From a virus, in IMG/VR virus record IMGVR_UViG_3300006175_000009, positions 14,118-78,117 of that record: a DNA stretch of 64,000 bases; one strand, written 5' to 3'. The position numbers were made by a program, and so were the translations under genes. The notes beneath the pieces were generated by a model, which saw nothing but the letters and a program-made list of their open reading frames with translations, searched no databases and was not told the origin of the DNA. Positions within the stretch are counted from its first letter, which is position 1, and each line of letters starts with the position of its first letter. Below, piece after piece: positions 17,183 through 27,696 of the stretch.

Positions 17183-17352
17183 TTCGGATTCGCCCTTACG
17201 TTGGTGGTCATCGTGTCCGAGACCGTTGAGTTCTCATTCGGCTGGGCGAAGTAGCCCTGGAGCGGAACGATAGAGCCCTGGAACGACTGACTCTGCTCAT
17301 TCAGCTGATTGATGATATCAGGAAGGGTATACGGGCGGACAAGTCCCGGCAT
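17143..17352 (-). CDS. Small tail-tip protein
   Basis: RBS GGAG; C-terminal W...WG...WG motif. Confidence 0.55.
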   Translation of the reverse strand: MPGLVRPYTLPDIINQLNEQSQSFQGSIVPLQGYFAQPNENSTVSDTMTTNVRANPKWDMGQWGMVTWG

Positions 17353-17361
17353 GTTGTACTC

Positions 17362-18789
17362 CTAGATTCGTACAGCCTTGATGGAGCAAATCTTGTAGCC
17401 CCCCTGGATGAACTGAATGCTGTTCCCGATCACGATGAAAGTCTGATTCGTCAGACCCCAACTGTAGTTGGTTCGGTCGTCCGGGATGAAGCTGGAGGTG
17501 AGCTGGAAGGTCTGTCCTGCCTGAATCCAGCCGAGCCATTCCGGTGAGGTCGAGAAGTTGATGCGCTCCGCCACGAAGGCATATTCCTGACGCTGCCGCA
17601 TGGCACGAGCCTGAGCCATCGGAACCGTGGTCAGAGAGCTGTCGGAGATGTACTCCATGAACACGCCCCCGTTCGGCCCGGTGTACGTGGTCTGCGAGTT
17701 CACGTCGTTCGCCTGAGCGATGATCGGAACCTGGTAGTCGTACCAGAGCTTGATCGTCTGACCACCGGCAGGAGCGCCTGTAGGTGAGTTCAGGAACCAT
17801 GAACCGATGACGTTCTGGGCAATGGACCAGCCGGTTCCGGTGAATGAACCACCAGCCGAAACCAGGGTGACAGGGGTGACCGTGTTGTTCACGGTGAGAA
17901 CCGGAGAGCCCGTTACGGTGTACCGCAGGGGCCAGGACCGCTGGATTCCATCTGTCAGCCAGGTGTCAGTCGGGTTGTTCTGACGGTAGTTCCCGTACTT
18001 GATGATCTGGGTCGCACCCTGAACCAGAATGCGGTTACGAACCGATGCTCCGTCCCATTCGTATCCATAGCTGTTTTCGAAGGAGATGTGTCCTTCGGTC
18101 AGGTTCGGAGTGGATGAACCGACGTACGTTGGGTTTGTCGTGAACGTGACACCAGAAGGCTGGGCAGTGGTCTGGTCATAGAAGTGAAGCTGACGATTCT
18201 GGTCTACATACCATCCGTAAGGAGTGGTCTGAGTGGCGAACTTGGCCAGCTTCACCCACGCGGAAGACAGGGTGGAGTAGTTCAGAACGAAGGACTGAAT
18301 CAGGGGTGCTGGAGTGACGAATCCGGGAGCACCTGGCGTTGACTGGGAAGTCTGAATGGCCGTGATGCCACAGTTGGCCTGCTGAGTGAGAGCAACGATG
18401 ATCTGATCAATCGTCATGCCGATGAAGGTGCCCTGCACGATTGCGTTATCCGCATAGAAGGCGTAGTCTGTGCAGCTCAGGTTCCAGTAGTTGATGCCAT
18501 TGAGCGAGTCCAGTGTGACGTGGGTGATCACGCCCGCGAACATGGAGACGTTGGCGGTGTTATCGAAGAACGAAACCTGAGAGAGAGGCTTGATCACGAA
18601 CGCCGGGGTACCTGTTGTCGAGTAGTCGTCAACGAGCGTGAAGGTGGCGGTCGAGCCCTGTCGTCCGAAGTTCTGGTTGATGGTCGGAGAAGCAGCACCC
18701 GACCATGCCAGATTGTTCGTGTAGGCCGTGGCCGATCCGCCAGGTGGTGTGACTGTGAACGTCAGTGACGGTGTGGGGATCAGACTCAT
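17362..18789 (-). CDS. Tail-tip hub / minor tail protein
   Basis: Immediately after the tape measure gene; F.G.I...LSCTDY, WYVDQNRQLHF, VRNRILVQG. Confidence 0.75.
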   Translation of the reverse strand: MSLIPTPSLTFTVTPPGGSATAYTNNLAWSGAASPTINQNFGRQGSTATFTLVDDYSTTGTPAFVIKPLSQVSFFDNTANVSMFAGVITHVTLDSLNGINYWNLSCTDYAFYADNAIVQGTFIGMTIDQIIVALTQQANCGITAIQTSQSTPGAPGFVTPAPLIQSFVLNYSTLSSAWVKLAKFATQTTPYGWYVDQNRQLHFYDQTTAQPSGVTFTTNPTYVGSSTPNLTEGHISFENSYGYEWDGASVRNRILVQGATQIIKYGNYRQNNPTDTWLTDGIQRSWPLRYTVTGSPVLTVNNTVTPVTLVSAGGSFTGTGWSIAQNVIGSWFLNSPTGAPAGGQTIKLWYDYQVPIIAQANDVNSQTTYTGPNGGVFMEYISDSSLTTVPMAQARAMRQRQEYAFVAERINFSTSPEWLGWIQAGQTFQLTSSFIPDDRTNYSWGLTNQTFIVIGNSIQFIQGGYKICSIKAVRI

Positions 18790-18807
18790 AAGCCTATGGT
18801 ATCTCTC

Positions 18808-21800
18808 TTAGTAGTGGATTCGTACTCCCGCCTGAGGCAGAGTCTTGACAGCAACCTGCTCACCGATGCGGCGAACGAGATCCTGCATGCCCTGCTGTCC
18901 GGCGATCACAGCGTTACCGAGGTCAACGTGAACGTGAACGTCTCCGCCGCCAGCAGCTCCCGCTGTCATTCCGCCAGAGGTCAGCCCCAGGCCAGTTGCC
19001 ATGACTGTGCCAGCAGCGTTCAGACCATTGACACCGATGTTAACTGCACCCTTGACACCGATGGCCTGTGGTAGCTTACCAGCCATGTCCGCTACAGCGT
19101 TGACTGCCTCACTGGTGTGGGCCACAACGCCCTGAGCGACACCGTGAGGAATCCACTTACCAACTTCCGACGCGAAGAGCCTTGACGGAGAGCTGATGCC
19201 TAGGAAAGACTTAGCCGCGTCGAGAGCGGAGTGAGCCAGATCCTTCAGCTTGCTGAGCAGCGCCCCGCCCGCGTTCTCGACACCGGAAATGATACCGTGG
19301 ACGATGTTCGAGCCCACGCTCATGAACCAAGATCCGATTCCCGAAAGGAAGCTCAGGATGCTGTTGAACCCACCGGAAATCGCGTTGCCAATGCTGCCCA
19401 TGAGGCTGGCCAGCTCGTTGTAGGCTTCGCGGAATGGGTTGATGATGTAGCCCTTGACCGAGTTCCAGGCTGAGCTGGCTGCGGACGCCACGTAGTTCCA
19501 GGCAGATGACAGTGTGCTGCCAATGGCGTTACCGATCGAAACCAGGACATTCCAGGCAGACTTGATCGGATTTACGATGTATTCCTTGATCAAGTTCCAG
19601 GCAGCCTGCGCTCCTTCCTTCAGGCCATCCCAGATCATGACAAAGAAGTCCTTGATCGCATTCCAGACGGTCTTGGCCACAGAAGTGATCGTCTCGTGGA
19701 AGTGATTCCAGATCGAGACCAGAACCGCGATCGGGAAGGCGAAGATCACCAGAAGCAGCGGCCACCACTTCTCGAAAAAGCCCTTGATCGCATCGAACAC
19801 GGATACGATTCCGCTCCAGATCGCCTGAGCTGCGCCCATCACGGCGGAGACCACTGCGTTCCAGGCAGTTTCGAGTGCATGCCAAACTGCCAGCGTGGCG
19901 GACTTAACTGCTTCGTACGCAGTTTCGATTCCGTGCCACATTGGTAGGATGCCGTTGTCGTAAACCCAGACGGCCGCAGCGGCGATGGCGTGGAAGGCTG
20001 CCTCCAGACCGTGCCAGGTGGCCATCGCTCCTTCCTTGAGCCCGTTCCAGACCGTGTTGACGAAATCGTGGAACCACTTGAAGTGGTTGTAGGCGTAGAC
20101 GACACCGACACCGAGAGCCACAAGGGCGGCGATGACAAGCTCGATGGCCAGAACGATGGCACCCAGAGGGTTGGCATCTGCGGCAGCGTCGAAGGCTACC
20201 ATGCCAGCCGTACCAGCCTCTTCGGCGGTGGTGAAGAGACCCATGGCAGCACTCAGCACACCGAAGGCGGCACTCAGGGCCTTGACGGTCTCCGCGACCA
20301 CCATGAGGGCCTTGAAGCCTGCGACCATGGTGACGACAGCCGCAGCAGCTCCGACAAGAAGCTTGACCAGAGTCTGGTGATGCTGGATCAGAGTGGCCAG
20401 CTTCTCGACCCAAGGCAGGATTGCCTGAACGATCTTGGTGACGATCGGAAGCAGCGTTGTGCCTAGGACGATGCCCGCTGCCGCGAACGCCTCCTTGGCC
20501 TGCTTCATCTTGAAGTTGAGAGTCTCCTGAGTCTGGTTCCAGCCCTGGATCTTACCGTTGGCAGTCCCGGCCGCCCCGGAGATCTCGTCCGTCTTGCTCT
20601 TAAAGTCCGCCAGGTGGCTACCGGTCAGCATAAGAGCTGCCTGCATGGTGTTCTGGTCACCTGTGGTAGCCTTCAGCGCGGCATCGAAGTCCGCGAATCC
20701 TGGCTTACCAGACTTCAGCGCGTCGTTGAAGCCGTTGGCCTTCTCGGCTAGAGAGAGGAACTGTGCACCCTGGCCAGCGCCCTGAGCACCCATCTCCTTG
20801 ACGGCCTTGGTGTACTCCTTCGCCCCAAGGTTACCGTCCAGGAACTTCTGGGACAGGGCCTGAAGGTTCGGGCTCATGCTCTGAAGCATGCTGTTCAGCG
20901 CGGAACCCGCGTCGGCGGACTGCTTGAACGCCTTCGCCGCGTCCTCTCCACCGGGAGCGATCTTCAGGGCAGCCTGAGTCGCCAGGTCGAGTGCAGCCGC
21001 AAGACCACCAGGACCGTGAAGAGTGTCGGTCATCTGCTGAGCTGTGATGCCAGCCTGGTTCCACGCATTACGCATGGTGTCAGTGGGTGCCTGGAGCTTC
21101 TGAATGGTGTGCGCAAGCTCCTGGGAAGCCTGCTGAGCGCTCATACCCTGCTTGGTCATGACACCAAGCGCTGCGGCGACTTCTGACAGGCTGACGCCAG
21201 CGGAAGACGCGAAAGGCAGAACGGACGAGAGGCTGTTGCCAAGATCCTGCATGGACATACCACCGACCTCGACGGCCTGACCCAGGATGTTGGACACCTG
21301 AGCAGCCGATCCAGCCTTCTCGCCATAGCTGTTCATGGCGTCAGCCACGGACTTCACTGTGGTGGCAAGGTCTGCATGGTGAACCTGGGCCATCTCGGAG
21401 GCCGAGGTCATGATCTCCATGGACTTGGTGACGTCGCCGGTACGCGAGTTCACCTGGAAGAAGCCGTCAGACAGCTCCTTCGTAGACACACCAGCCTGTA
21501 CGGACAGGTCCAGGAGGTACTTTCGCACTTCGTCAATGCGGTCAGCAGAGACACCGGCACCGGTTACAAGGGTGGTGGTGCTCGCCTGGAAGTCTCCGGC
21601 CAGCTTGACGGAAGCCCCGGCAGCGACAAGAATGCCTGCTGAAGCGAGAGTAGCCGCCTTACCGGCAGCCATGATGCCATCCTTGACCACGGTGCCAGCG
21701 TTGGCCACGACGAGGTTCGCGTCGGCAAGGTTTCGCTGAGCACCCTCAAGCTCCCGCGCGGACACAGCAGCAGCGGTCTCAGCGTTTCGGACGCCCACCA

Positions 21801-22128
21801 TGGCAGCCTCTAGCTGGGAGGCGTCACCAGCCATGAGGGCAGCATTAAGACGCGCCTGAGCATCTGCCAGAGCACTGGTGGTCAGTGCCGCATTCTCCTG
21901 GGCACGAGTCAGGTTTTCTTCAACGGCTGACATCTTGACAGCGTCGATCTCCCCGCGAGCGTAGGCCGCGTTGAGGCGGTCCATGGCTGCTGTTGAGGAG
22001 TCCGACGCTGCGTTGATGGTCGAACCGAGGTTACGGAAGACGTCAGCAACACTCTTGAGGACGTTGGTTGCCTGGTCCTGAGCTTCAACGACGGCAAGAA
22101 GTGTCATCACTTCGGCTGTGGAAGGCAT
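18808..22128 (-). CDS. Tape measure protein
   Basis: 1106 aa, Ala-rich, TP901-type core, TM segments, 11-residue W repeats, LGISSPSRLF motif. Confidence 0.95.
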   Translation of the reverse strand: MPSTAEVMTLLAVVEAQDQATNVLKSVADVFRNLGSTINAASDSSTAAMDRLNAAYARGEIDAVKMSAVEENLTRAQENAALTTSALADAQARLNAALMAGDASQLEAAMVGVRNAETAAAVSARELEGAQRNLADANLVVANAGTVVKDGIMAAGKAATLASAGILVAAGASVKLAGDFQASTTTLVTGAGVSADRIDEVRKYLLDLSVQAGVSTKELSDGFFQVNSRTGDVTKSMEIMTSASEMAQVHHADLATTVKSVADAMNSYGEKAGSAAQVSNILGQAVEVGGMSMQDLGNSLSSVLPFASSAGVSLSEVAAALGVMTKQGMSAQQASQELAHTIQKLQAPTDTMRNAWNQAGITAQQMTDTLHGPGGLAAALDLATQAALKIAPGGEDAAKAFKQSADAGSALNSMLQSMSPNLQALSQKFLDGNLGAKEYTKAVKEMGAQGAGQGAQFLSLAEKANGFNDALKSGKPGFADFDAALKATTGDQNTMQAALMLTGSHLADFKSKTDEISGAAGTANGKIQGWNQTQETLNFKMKQAKEAFAAAGIVLGTTLLPIVTKIVQAILPWVEKLATLIQHHQTLVKLLVGAAAAVVTMVAGFKALMVVAETVKALSAAFGVLSAAMGLFTTAEEAGTAGMVAFDAAADANPLGAIVLAIELVIAALVALGVGVVYAYNHFKWFHDFVNTVWNGLKEGAMATWHGLEAAFHAIAAAAVWVYDNGILPMWHGIETAYEAVKSATLAVWHALETAWNAVVSAVMGAAQAIWSGIVSVFDAIKGFFEKWWPLLLVIFAFPIAVLVSIWNHFHETITSVAKTVWNAIKDFFVMIWDGLKEGAQAAWNLIKEYIVNPIKSAWNVLVSIGNAIGSTLSSAWNYVASAASSAWNSVKGYIINPFREAYNELASLMGSIGNAISGGFNSILSFLSGIGSWFMSVGSNIVHGIISGVENAGGALLSKLKDLAHSALDAAKSFLGISSPSRLFASEVGKWIPHGVAQGVVAHTSEAVNAVADMAGKLPQAIGVKGAVNIGVNGLNAAGTVMATGLGLTSGGMTAGAAGGGDVHVHVDLGNAVIAGQQGMQDLVRRIGEQVAVKTLPQAGVRIHY

Positions 22129-22149
22129 TGCTATCCTCGCAAAGAGTTG

Positions 22150-22750
22150 CTAGACTCGGTGTTGTCCCTGAGGGGCGGGACGGGACTGGCGTTCGCGCTG
22201 AGCCTGCTCTTCCCTCTGGATGAGTTCGATGAAGAACATGTAGTCCTTGATCTCCTGCGCTGGTCGTTCCATCAGATCTTCGCGCCTGAGGCCAAGGCGC
22301 TTGAACATCTCAGCCTCAAGCAGGAAGGTTGCCAGAGAGGGAACGTTATGCCGAGTCCCCATCCGAATTGCCGCTGAGGCTTCCGACGCGAAAGGTGGCC
22401 TGCTCCTCCGGAGTGCGCTTGCCGTTGTCCTGGTTGATGGAGTTGAAGATCGTGTTGAACACCGAGATCGGAAGGCGAGCAACCGACTGAGCATTGATGG
22501 GCCAGATGTGACCGTTCTCGTCGTCCAGGTTCCAGTCGTCAATGGCAGCGAGGACCAGTTCCTTGCGGTACTTCGCAATGTCTGGCTCGGAGACCAGCTC
22601 ACCACTCACACTCTTGGTCTTCAGAAGGCAGGCTTCGGCCTTCTCCTGGGCACCCTGAGTCAGGTACTTCTTGATATCAACCCAGTACTTGCCTTCCGGG
22701 TCGCCGACCTGAACGCGAGTAGTGCCTGTGTAGGCGGAGAGAAATCCCAT
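22150..22750 (-). CDS. Tail assembly chaperone (22346..22750) plus a predicted frameshift-extended form ending at 22150
   Basis: Lies between tail tube and tape measure; AIDDWNLDDENG motif; overlapping downstream ORF in the +1 frame. Confidence 0.75.
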
Positions 22751-22816
22751 GATCGCACCTTAGGGTAGAGAGATTGAGCGGTGGCGGGCCAATCCGAAGA
22801 TCAGCCCGCCTCCATG

Positions 22817-24475
22817 TTACAGCGAGAGGTACTGCGAGTTCGAGATGATCGCCGTGATGGTGTTCAGGTAGTTGCCTGCCACCGGCTTGGTTGCCTCGAA
22901 CGAGAGGGAAGACAGGACCACGTCTTCCATCTTAATGTCGTTGCCGTACTTGGACAGAACGACCTGCGGAAGGAAGATCGTCACGGTTCCGCCATTGGAC
23001 GGGTGAGTGAACGACAGGGTGAGCTGGCCCAGGGTGCCGTTCTGCATGTTGACGAAGTCGCCGTAGACCGGGTCGTTCAGGCTCGACCACACGACCTCGA
23101 AGGTACCGGACACATGCAGAGTCACCGGAGTGATGAAGCTCGGGCCGTGGTTGTTCGAGTAGGTGTAGGTGGTCTTCAGTCCGTTGTCGATGGTGACGTT
23201 GACGTTGCGGACTTCAGTGCGAGCGTTGTTGAACAGGGTCAGGTTCGCCTCAGCGAAGACGAACGGGTTCTCGTTGGTAACGGAAACCGCTGTCGGGGTT
23301 GAGAGGATCTGGACCGAGCGACCAGTCATGTCGGCTGTAATGTCGATCGGGTTGTTACCGACCGGAGCCTTCAGGTCGAGCTTACCGATCTTGCAACCGG
23401 CGAACTGGAGCGACTGGAACCCACCGATGTTCTTCTCAACCGTGAAAGACGACAGGGACTGTGCATCCTGAATGGTGTGAGTGAACGGGGTGGAGACGAC
23501 CGTAACGACCGCTCCAGAGGCGTGAGCGTAGGTCAGAGGCTGGTCCAGGGTCACGGTGGTGGTGACCACGTTGGTGACCTTGCGAACCTCGCTGGTGAAC
23601 CCTCCAGTGACGCTGTTGACGTCGATCTGGATGATGGTTCCCTGGGTGATGCCGGTTGCAGAGGTCACGGTGACCGTGGTTGCAGTGGCGATCGACGGGG
23701 CAGACAGGGTGGTGGTGTTCGCTGTGACTGCCGGGACCAGAGTGTTGTGAGCCAGGAAGAAGCCCTGGTCAACGGTGATCACATTGACAGCCACGTTGGT
23801 GATGCGGCGAGTTTCGGCGAGAGCGCCCACGTCAACCGTGATGAACTGGCCAACGGCGAAACCGGTGGCGGAGGTCAGGGTGACGGTGGTTGCGCCAGCA
23901 GTGGTGGAACCGTTGACAGTGGTCGAGGTCAGACCGTTGGTGGTGACGGCCACGCCTGAGATGTGGTTCTGGCTGAAGGCCGAGTCCACGGTGATGTTCA
24001 GACCGGAGATGGACGCGATGCGCTTGGTCTCCGCGTTGATGCCAGAGTCCACAGTGATGGTCTGGCCGACTGCGAACCCGGTGGCGGAGGTGACAGCCAC
24101 GACGGTAGCAGGGGTGACGATCGCTGCTGTGGTGGTGGTGCTGACGGCCGCTGTGACGAACGGCGTGCCGGTGACACCCAGACCAATCTGAGCGTCGAAC
24201 CCGATGGCTCCAGTGAGGAACTGGATACCGTTGGTTGGGAAGAGTGGACCGTTGATCGCACCGACGAACTTGGCCTCACCGTACAGGTTGTAGATCTGTA
24301 GGGCGCGGTTGTTCTGCATGACGTGCGGCGAGAACCAACCTGGATCGAAGTCCATGGAGTTGGACAGCATCGGCAGGAAGGACGTTGCGGTCACCGGAGT
24401 GCCAGGAGTGGTCTCCTTGGCTAGACCGGTAGCAGAGAGCGAACCATAGCGCTCTGTGACCGTTGGGAATGCCAT
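22817..24475 (-). CDS. Major tail tube protein with three inserted beta-rich repeats
   Basis: GLAKETTPGTP N-terminus, SFTVEKNIGG..QFAGCKI; three ~70-aa TSATG..G..I.(V/I)D repeats. Confidence 0.85.
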   Translation of the reverse strand: MAFPTVTERYGSLSATGLAKETTPGTPVTATSFLPMLSNSMDFDPGWFSPHVMQNNRALQIYNLYGEAKFVGAINGPLFPTNGIQFLTGAIGFDAQIGLGVTGTPFVTAAVSTTTTAAIVTPATVVAVTSATGFAVGQTITVDSGINAETKRIASISGLNITVDSAFSQNHISGVAVTTNGLTSTTVNGSTTAGATTVTLTSATGFAVGQFITVDVGALAETRRITNVAVNVITVDQGFFLAHNTLVPAVTANTTTLSAPSIATATTVTVTSATGITQGTIIQIDVNSVTGGFTSEVRKVTNVVTTTVTLDQPLTYAHASGAVVTVVSTPFTHTIQDAQSLSSFTVEKNIGGFQSLQFAGCKIGKLDLKAPVGNNPIDITADMTGRSVQILSTPTAVSVTNENPFVFAEANLTLFNNARTEVRNVNVTIDNGLKTTYTYSNNHGPSFITPVTLHVSGTFEVVWSSLNDPVYGDFVNMQNGTLGQLTLSFTHPSNGGTVTIFLPQVVLSKYGNDIKMEDVVLSSLSFEATKPVAGNYLNTITAIISNSQYLSL

Positions 24476-24485
24476 TCAAGGCTCC

Positions 24486-24728
24486 TTAGCTTACTGGTGT
24501 GGCCTGGTCAGAAGTGGTGTCCTTCTTGGCCTTGGATGGCGTAGAAGGCGGAGCAACAACAGGCTCCGGCTCCGGGGCGGGATCTGGTGCTAGGGAAATG
24601 TCGCCGCGAGAGAGATAAGCCTCTGCCTGGTCGTCAGGAACCGAGAATGCGTCTCCCGGATGAACCTCTAGATTGAGACTCATGAAGGCGATCGAGGTGT
24701 TGCCGTCGTAGACGAGTCGTGTCGTCAC
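24486..24728 (-). CDS. Small head-tail region protein
   Basis: VHPGDAFSVPDDQAEAYL motif and Pro-rich tail; typical of the gene preceding the tail tube. Confidence 0.55.
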   Translation of the reverse strand: MTTRLVYDGNTSIAFMSLNLEVHPGDAFSVPDDQAEAYLSRGDISLAPDPAPEPEPVVAPPSTPSKAKKDTTSDQATPVS

Positions 24729-25174
24729 TACTCTTCTACCTCCTTAGAGATGTTCGCTGCCAGCCTCTCCATGATCCACGGCCTGAGAGTCTGAAGGGCC
24801 TTGCGTGGAAATGGATTCGGACGAGTGCCCGGATGGTTTACCGAGCGTGCGAATACATCTCGTCCACCTTCCATCCAGTGTAGTGCGCGTGCGTTCCTAG
24901 GTTCAATACGGTGCGCCCTCGAACCATCGGTTACCACACGAGCATAGGGAGCATCTGAGAGGTATCGGAGCTGAAGTCCTGCTCCCTGCCCACGCTGCTC
25001 ATATCGAATGGAAGAGCGCAGGCGTCCTCCGCCTTCCTTGGGAGAAAGGGGCGCTCGCCTGCGGATTTCCGTGGCAATGACGGGGCCGATCTCGGCAGCC
25101 CAGGTGTTCAGGGCGACTTCGAGTTCTCCGCCTGTGAGCTTGTTCTTCGTCTTGACGGTCATCGTGAACGTCAT
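24728..25174 (-). CDS. HK97 gp10-like neck/tail completion protein
   Basis: RRAP...GRLRSSI...APYA..V..G...VNHPGTRPNPF; start at a TAATG overlap. Confidence 0.8.
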   Translation of the reverse strand: MTFTMTVKTKNKLTGGELEVALNTWAAEIGPVIATEIRRRAPLSPKEGGGRLRSSIRYEQRGQGAGLQLRYLSDAPYARVVTDGSRAHRIEPRNARALHWMEGGRDVFARSVNHPGTRPNPFPRKALQTLRPWIMERLAANISKEVEE

Positions 25175-25680
25175 TACGCCTGCACCACCTCGTAGACGTT
25201 CATGCCGATTCGAGCTGAGTAGTACAGCATTCGAAGGGTATTCGGAGTGCGCTCCGGAAGCATTTCCAGATCCCACTCTTCACCGACAGCCTGAATCTGA
25301 GAGACGACTCCGGTGAGCGGATCGGTGATGAACGTCGGCATGGGAACGGTCCACAGCTTCGCCAGAACGGCATCCACAATAGCCGGGAACTCCTGATCGG
25401 CCGTAACCGAATCGGGCGTAGTTTCGTACGCCAGGTAGATATCCACAGTCCAGTCGAGGTGCTTGAAGCCTGACTTTCCAGTTCCGATTCCCGCTGTTGT
25501 TCGAGGAGCCGTCTGACGACGACCGCGACAACGCCCGCCCCAGACGTAAGCCTTTGGTCGATCAAGATCTTCGACGGTTGGAGGGGTGATGTATGCCTCC
25601 AGTGGTCGAGTCCCGCCAATGGGGACTTCGAGTCCGTCAATCTGGTTGGCGATGAACTGCTGAACGCTGTTCAGTGGCAT
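25174..25680 (-). CDS. Tail terminator-like protein
   Basis: Position and size in the head-tail module. Confidence 0.5.
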   Translation of the reverse strand: MPLNSVQQFIANQIDGLEVPIGGTRPLEAYITPPTVEDLDRPKAYVWGGRCRGRRQTAPRTTAGIGTGKSGFKHLDWTVDIYLAYETTPDSVTADQEFPAIVDAVLAKLWTVPMPTFITDPLTGVVSQIQAVGEEWDLEMLPERTPNTLRMLYYSARIGMNVYEVVQA

Positions 25681-25752
25681 AGAGCAACCCTCCTCTCACA
25701 TACTGTCGTGCCAATAGTACACGAGGGGAGGGTTGTCAAGGAAGAACAACTC

Positions 25753-26055
25753 CTACCACTGGTGGTGAGGTGCGTTGACCGCGTGAACGGACGAGCCTCC
25801 CATAGTGCTACGGCGCTGACCTGGGGCGTTTACGCTGCGTAGACCGGAGATGTGCGCTCCGGCATCCTCGCGACGCTTCTTGCCTGTCGCGGAAGGGGCG
25901 TTGACAGTCTTCAGGCGGGTGGCATGAGTTCCTAGACGCTTGGTGGTCACAAGAGTTCCAGCAGCTCGACGTGAGGCCGCTACCGCTCTCCGGGGACCGC
26001 CGTTGTGCTTAGCTGTCGCCACAGCTCGACGGTTTGTTGCCTTGGTCATGTACAT
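25753..26055 (-). CDS. Small, very basic protein
   Basis: R/K/A-rich with repeated VNAP motifs; RBS GGAG. Confidence 0.5.
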   Translation of the reverse strand: MYMTKATNRRAVATAKHNGGPRRAVAASRRAAGTLVTTKRLGTHATRLKTVNAPSATGKKRREDAGAHISGLRSVNAPGQRRSTMGGSSVHAVNAPHHQW

Positions 26056-26060
26056 GACTC

Positions 26061-27002
26061 CTAGATGACGCGCTTGTACGGAGCGAGAAGAAGATCCGCT
26101 TCGAGCAGGAGATCGTGAATGCCCTTACCTCCAGAGGTCATGGAACCCGGGATGTTCTGGATCGAGACGGACGTGATGCCCGCTTCGAGAGCCTGAGCAG
26201 TGGCGTACAGCATGGTGGCCCAGATGATGGAACCCGGAAGCGTTGAGGCCACAGTACCACTCACGTGGTTGAACGCAAGGGGTGCAGAGAGAGTGAGTGT
26301 GCCGGGACCTGACGGGACGGTTCCGATGTTGTTCGGCAGGGCCAAAGGGGTGGTCGCAGTGACGGAGGTGACCGTGAATGATTCGCGGTTGTCTGAGTCG
26401 TAGAGAGTGCCGACAGCTCCAAGCCAACCCGTAACGTCGTCCACGTGGAGCACACTGTCCCCAATGGATGCAGCCTGAGTCAGCGAGGTGTGGGGCCATC
26501 CGTTCTCGTACGAGATCAGGTACCGGAAGCCATCACGGCCCTGATACCAGCCACCATAACCGGGGGCCACCATGATTGTCTGGCCACCATCGGCGGAACC
26601 TGTCGGGGCAGAGGACTGATAGAGGCCAAGCACTGGGTGGTCAATATCGTACATCCCGGCTGGAATGGTCTTCCACTGTCGGGGAAAGACGGCATTCGCT
26701 GAAACCTGAATGGCCAGAATGCTCGTGACGGGCCAGCGGTTCAGAATGATGCGGGTGTTGCCCGTTCCGTTTTCCATCTGAACTCGGTAGCTGCCTGGGC
26801 CGGAAAGCTGCTCATTGTCCACGGTGCAGCGTGCAACCTGGTTCAGATACCCATCGACAATCGCTGTCGCACGAGTACAGATGTTGGTCTGCTCGGAAAG
26901 CTGCTGAGCAGTGGTCGCCTTGGGGAAAGGAATGATCGACCACGAAACGCCAGTGGGCGCGTTGATCAGCATGTTTGGCGTCACGTATGGAGTGAGGGCC
27001 AA
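26061..27002 (-). CDS. Head-to-tail adaptor with an inserted beta domain
   Basis: PYVTP..RATAIVDGYLN...LPGSIIWATM..LLAPYKR pattern. Confidence 0.7.
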   Translation of the reverse strand: MALTPYVTPNMLINAPTGVSWSIIPFPKATTAQQLSEQTNICTRATAIVDGYLNQVARCTVDNEQLSGPGSYRVQMENGTGNTRIILNRWPVTSILAIQVSANAVFPRQWKTIPAGMYDIDHPVLGLYQSSAPTGSADGGQTIMVAPGYGGWYQGRDGFRYLISYENGWPHTSLTQAASIGDSVLHVDDVTGWLGAVGTLYDSDNRESFTVTSVTATTPLALPNNIGTVPSGPGTLTLSAPLAFNHVSGTVASTLPGSIIWATMLYATAQALEAGITSVSIQNIPGSMTSGGKGIHDLLLEADLLLAPYKRVI

Positions 27003-27087
27003 GGCTAGCGCTCCTTCTGGCTAAATGAAAGTAGACCTCCCACCGATCATCTCACAGAGAAAGGCAGGAGGTCTACTGACGATGGTC

Positions 27088-27684
27088 TTACTCGCCCTGT
27101 AGGCGGCTGATCAGAGTGGCCTTGGAGATGTTGCCCTTGGCGGGTACTCCACGCTCCTCTGCGAGGGCCTTGAGCTGCTGGAGAGTCATGTCCTCAAGGG
27201 GAAGATGCCCGAAGCCTCCAGCCTCTTCCGGAATGACAACGTCAGCTCGCAGGCCACATTCACCGCAGAACTTGGCGTCGTCCTTCATGGCCTCACCACA
27301 GCCCGTGCAAGTACGGGTGCTGGCCTTCTTCTGAGTGTGCTCAGGATTGGCGAACATCTGGGCTAGCTGAGCGATAGCCGCAGGAAGGTCACCGAGCGAA
27401 CCAAGCTTGGCCAGGGCTTCGGCGGTCTGGTTCTGCTGATCCTGACGGCCCTTCACTTCCTGGTCCTCGCGGTACGCCTTCTCGTCGGGGGTCTCCGGAA
27501 TTCCAGAGATCGTGCGAGACCAGTGGGGGTCCTCAATGAGGTGTGTCTCGCAGTTGTCGCACTCCAGAGTCCAGAGCTTGACAGGTGCTCCCTTGTCTAC
27601 GGGTCGGCTGTGAGTGTTTCCACAACCTCCGTGCGCAGGGGAAATGGACACGGCCGAAACGTCGGACCGCGCGTGCATTGCCAT
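27088..27684 (-). CDS. Zn-ribbon protein with a C-terminal HeH/Rho-N-like domain
   Basis: CTGCG...FCGECG; MTLQQLKALAEERGV...KATLISRL. Confidence 0.6.
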   Translation of the reverse strand: MAMHARSDVSAVSISPAHGGCGNTHSRPVDKGAPVKLWTLECDNCETHLIEDPHWSRTISGIPETPDEKAYREDQEVKGRQDQQNQTAEALAKLGSLGDLPAAIAQLAQMFANPEHTQKKASTRTCTGCGEAMKDDAKFCGECGLRADVVIPEEAGGFGHLPLEDMTLQQLKALAEERGVPAKGNISKATLISRLQGE

Positions 27685-27696
27685 GGAGGAACTTCC

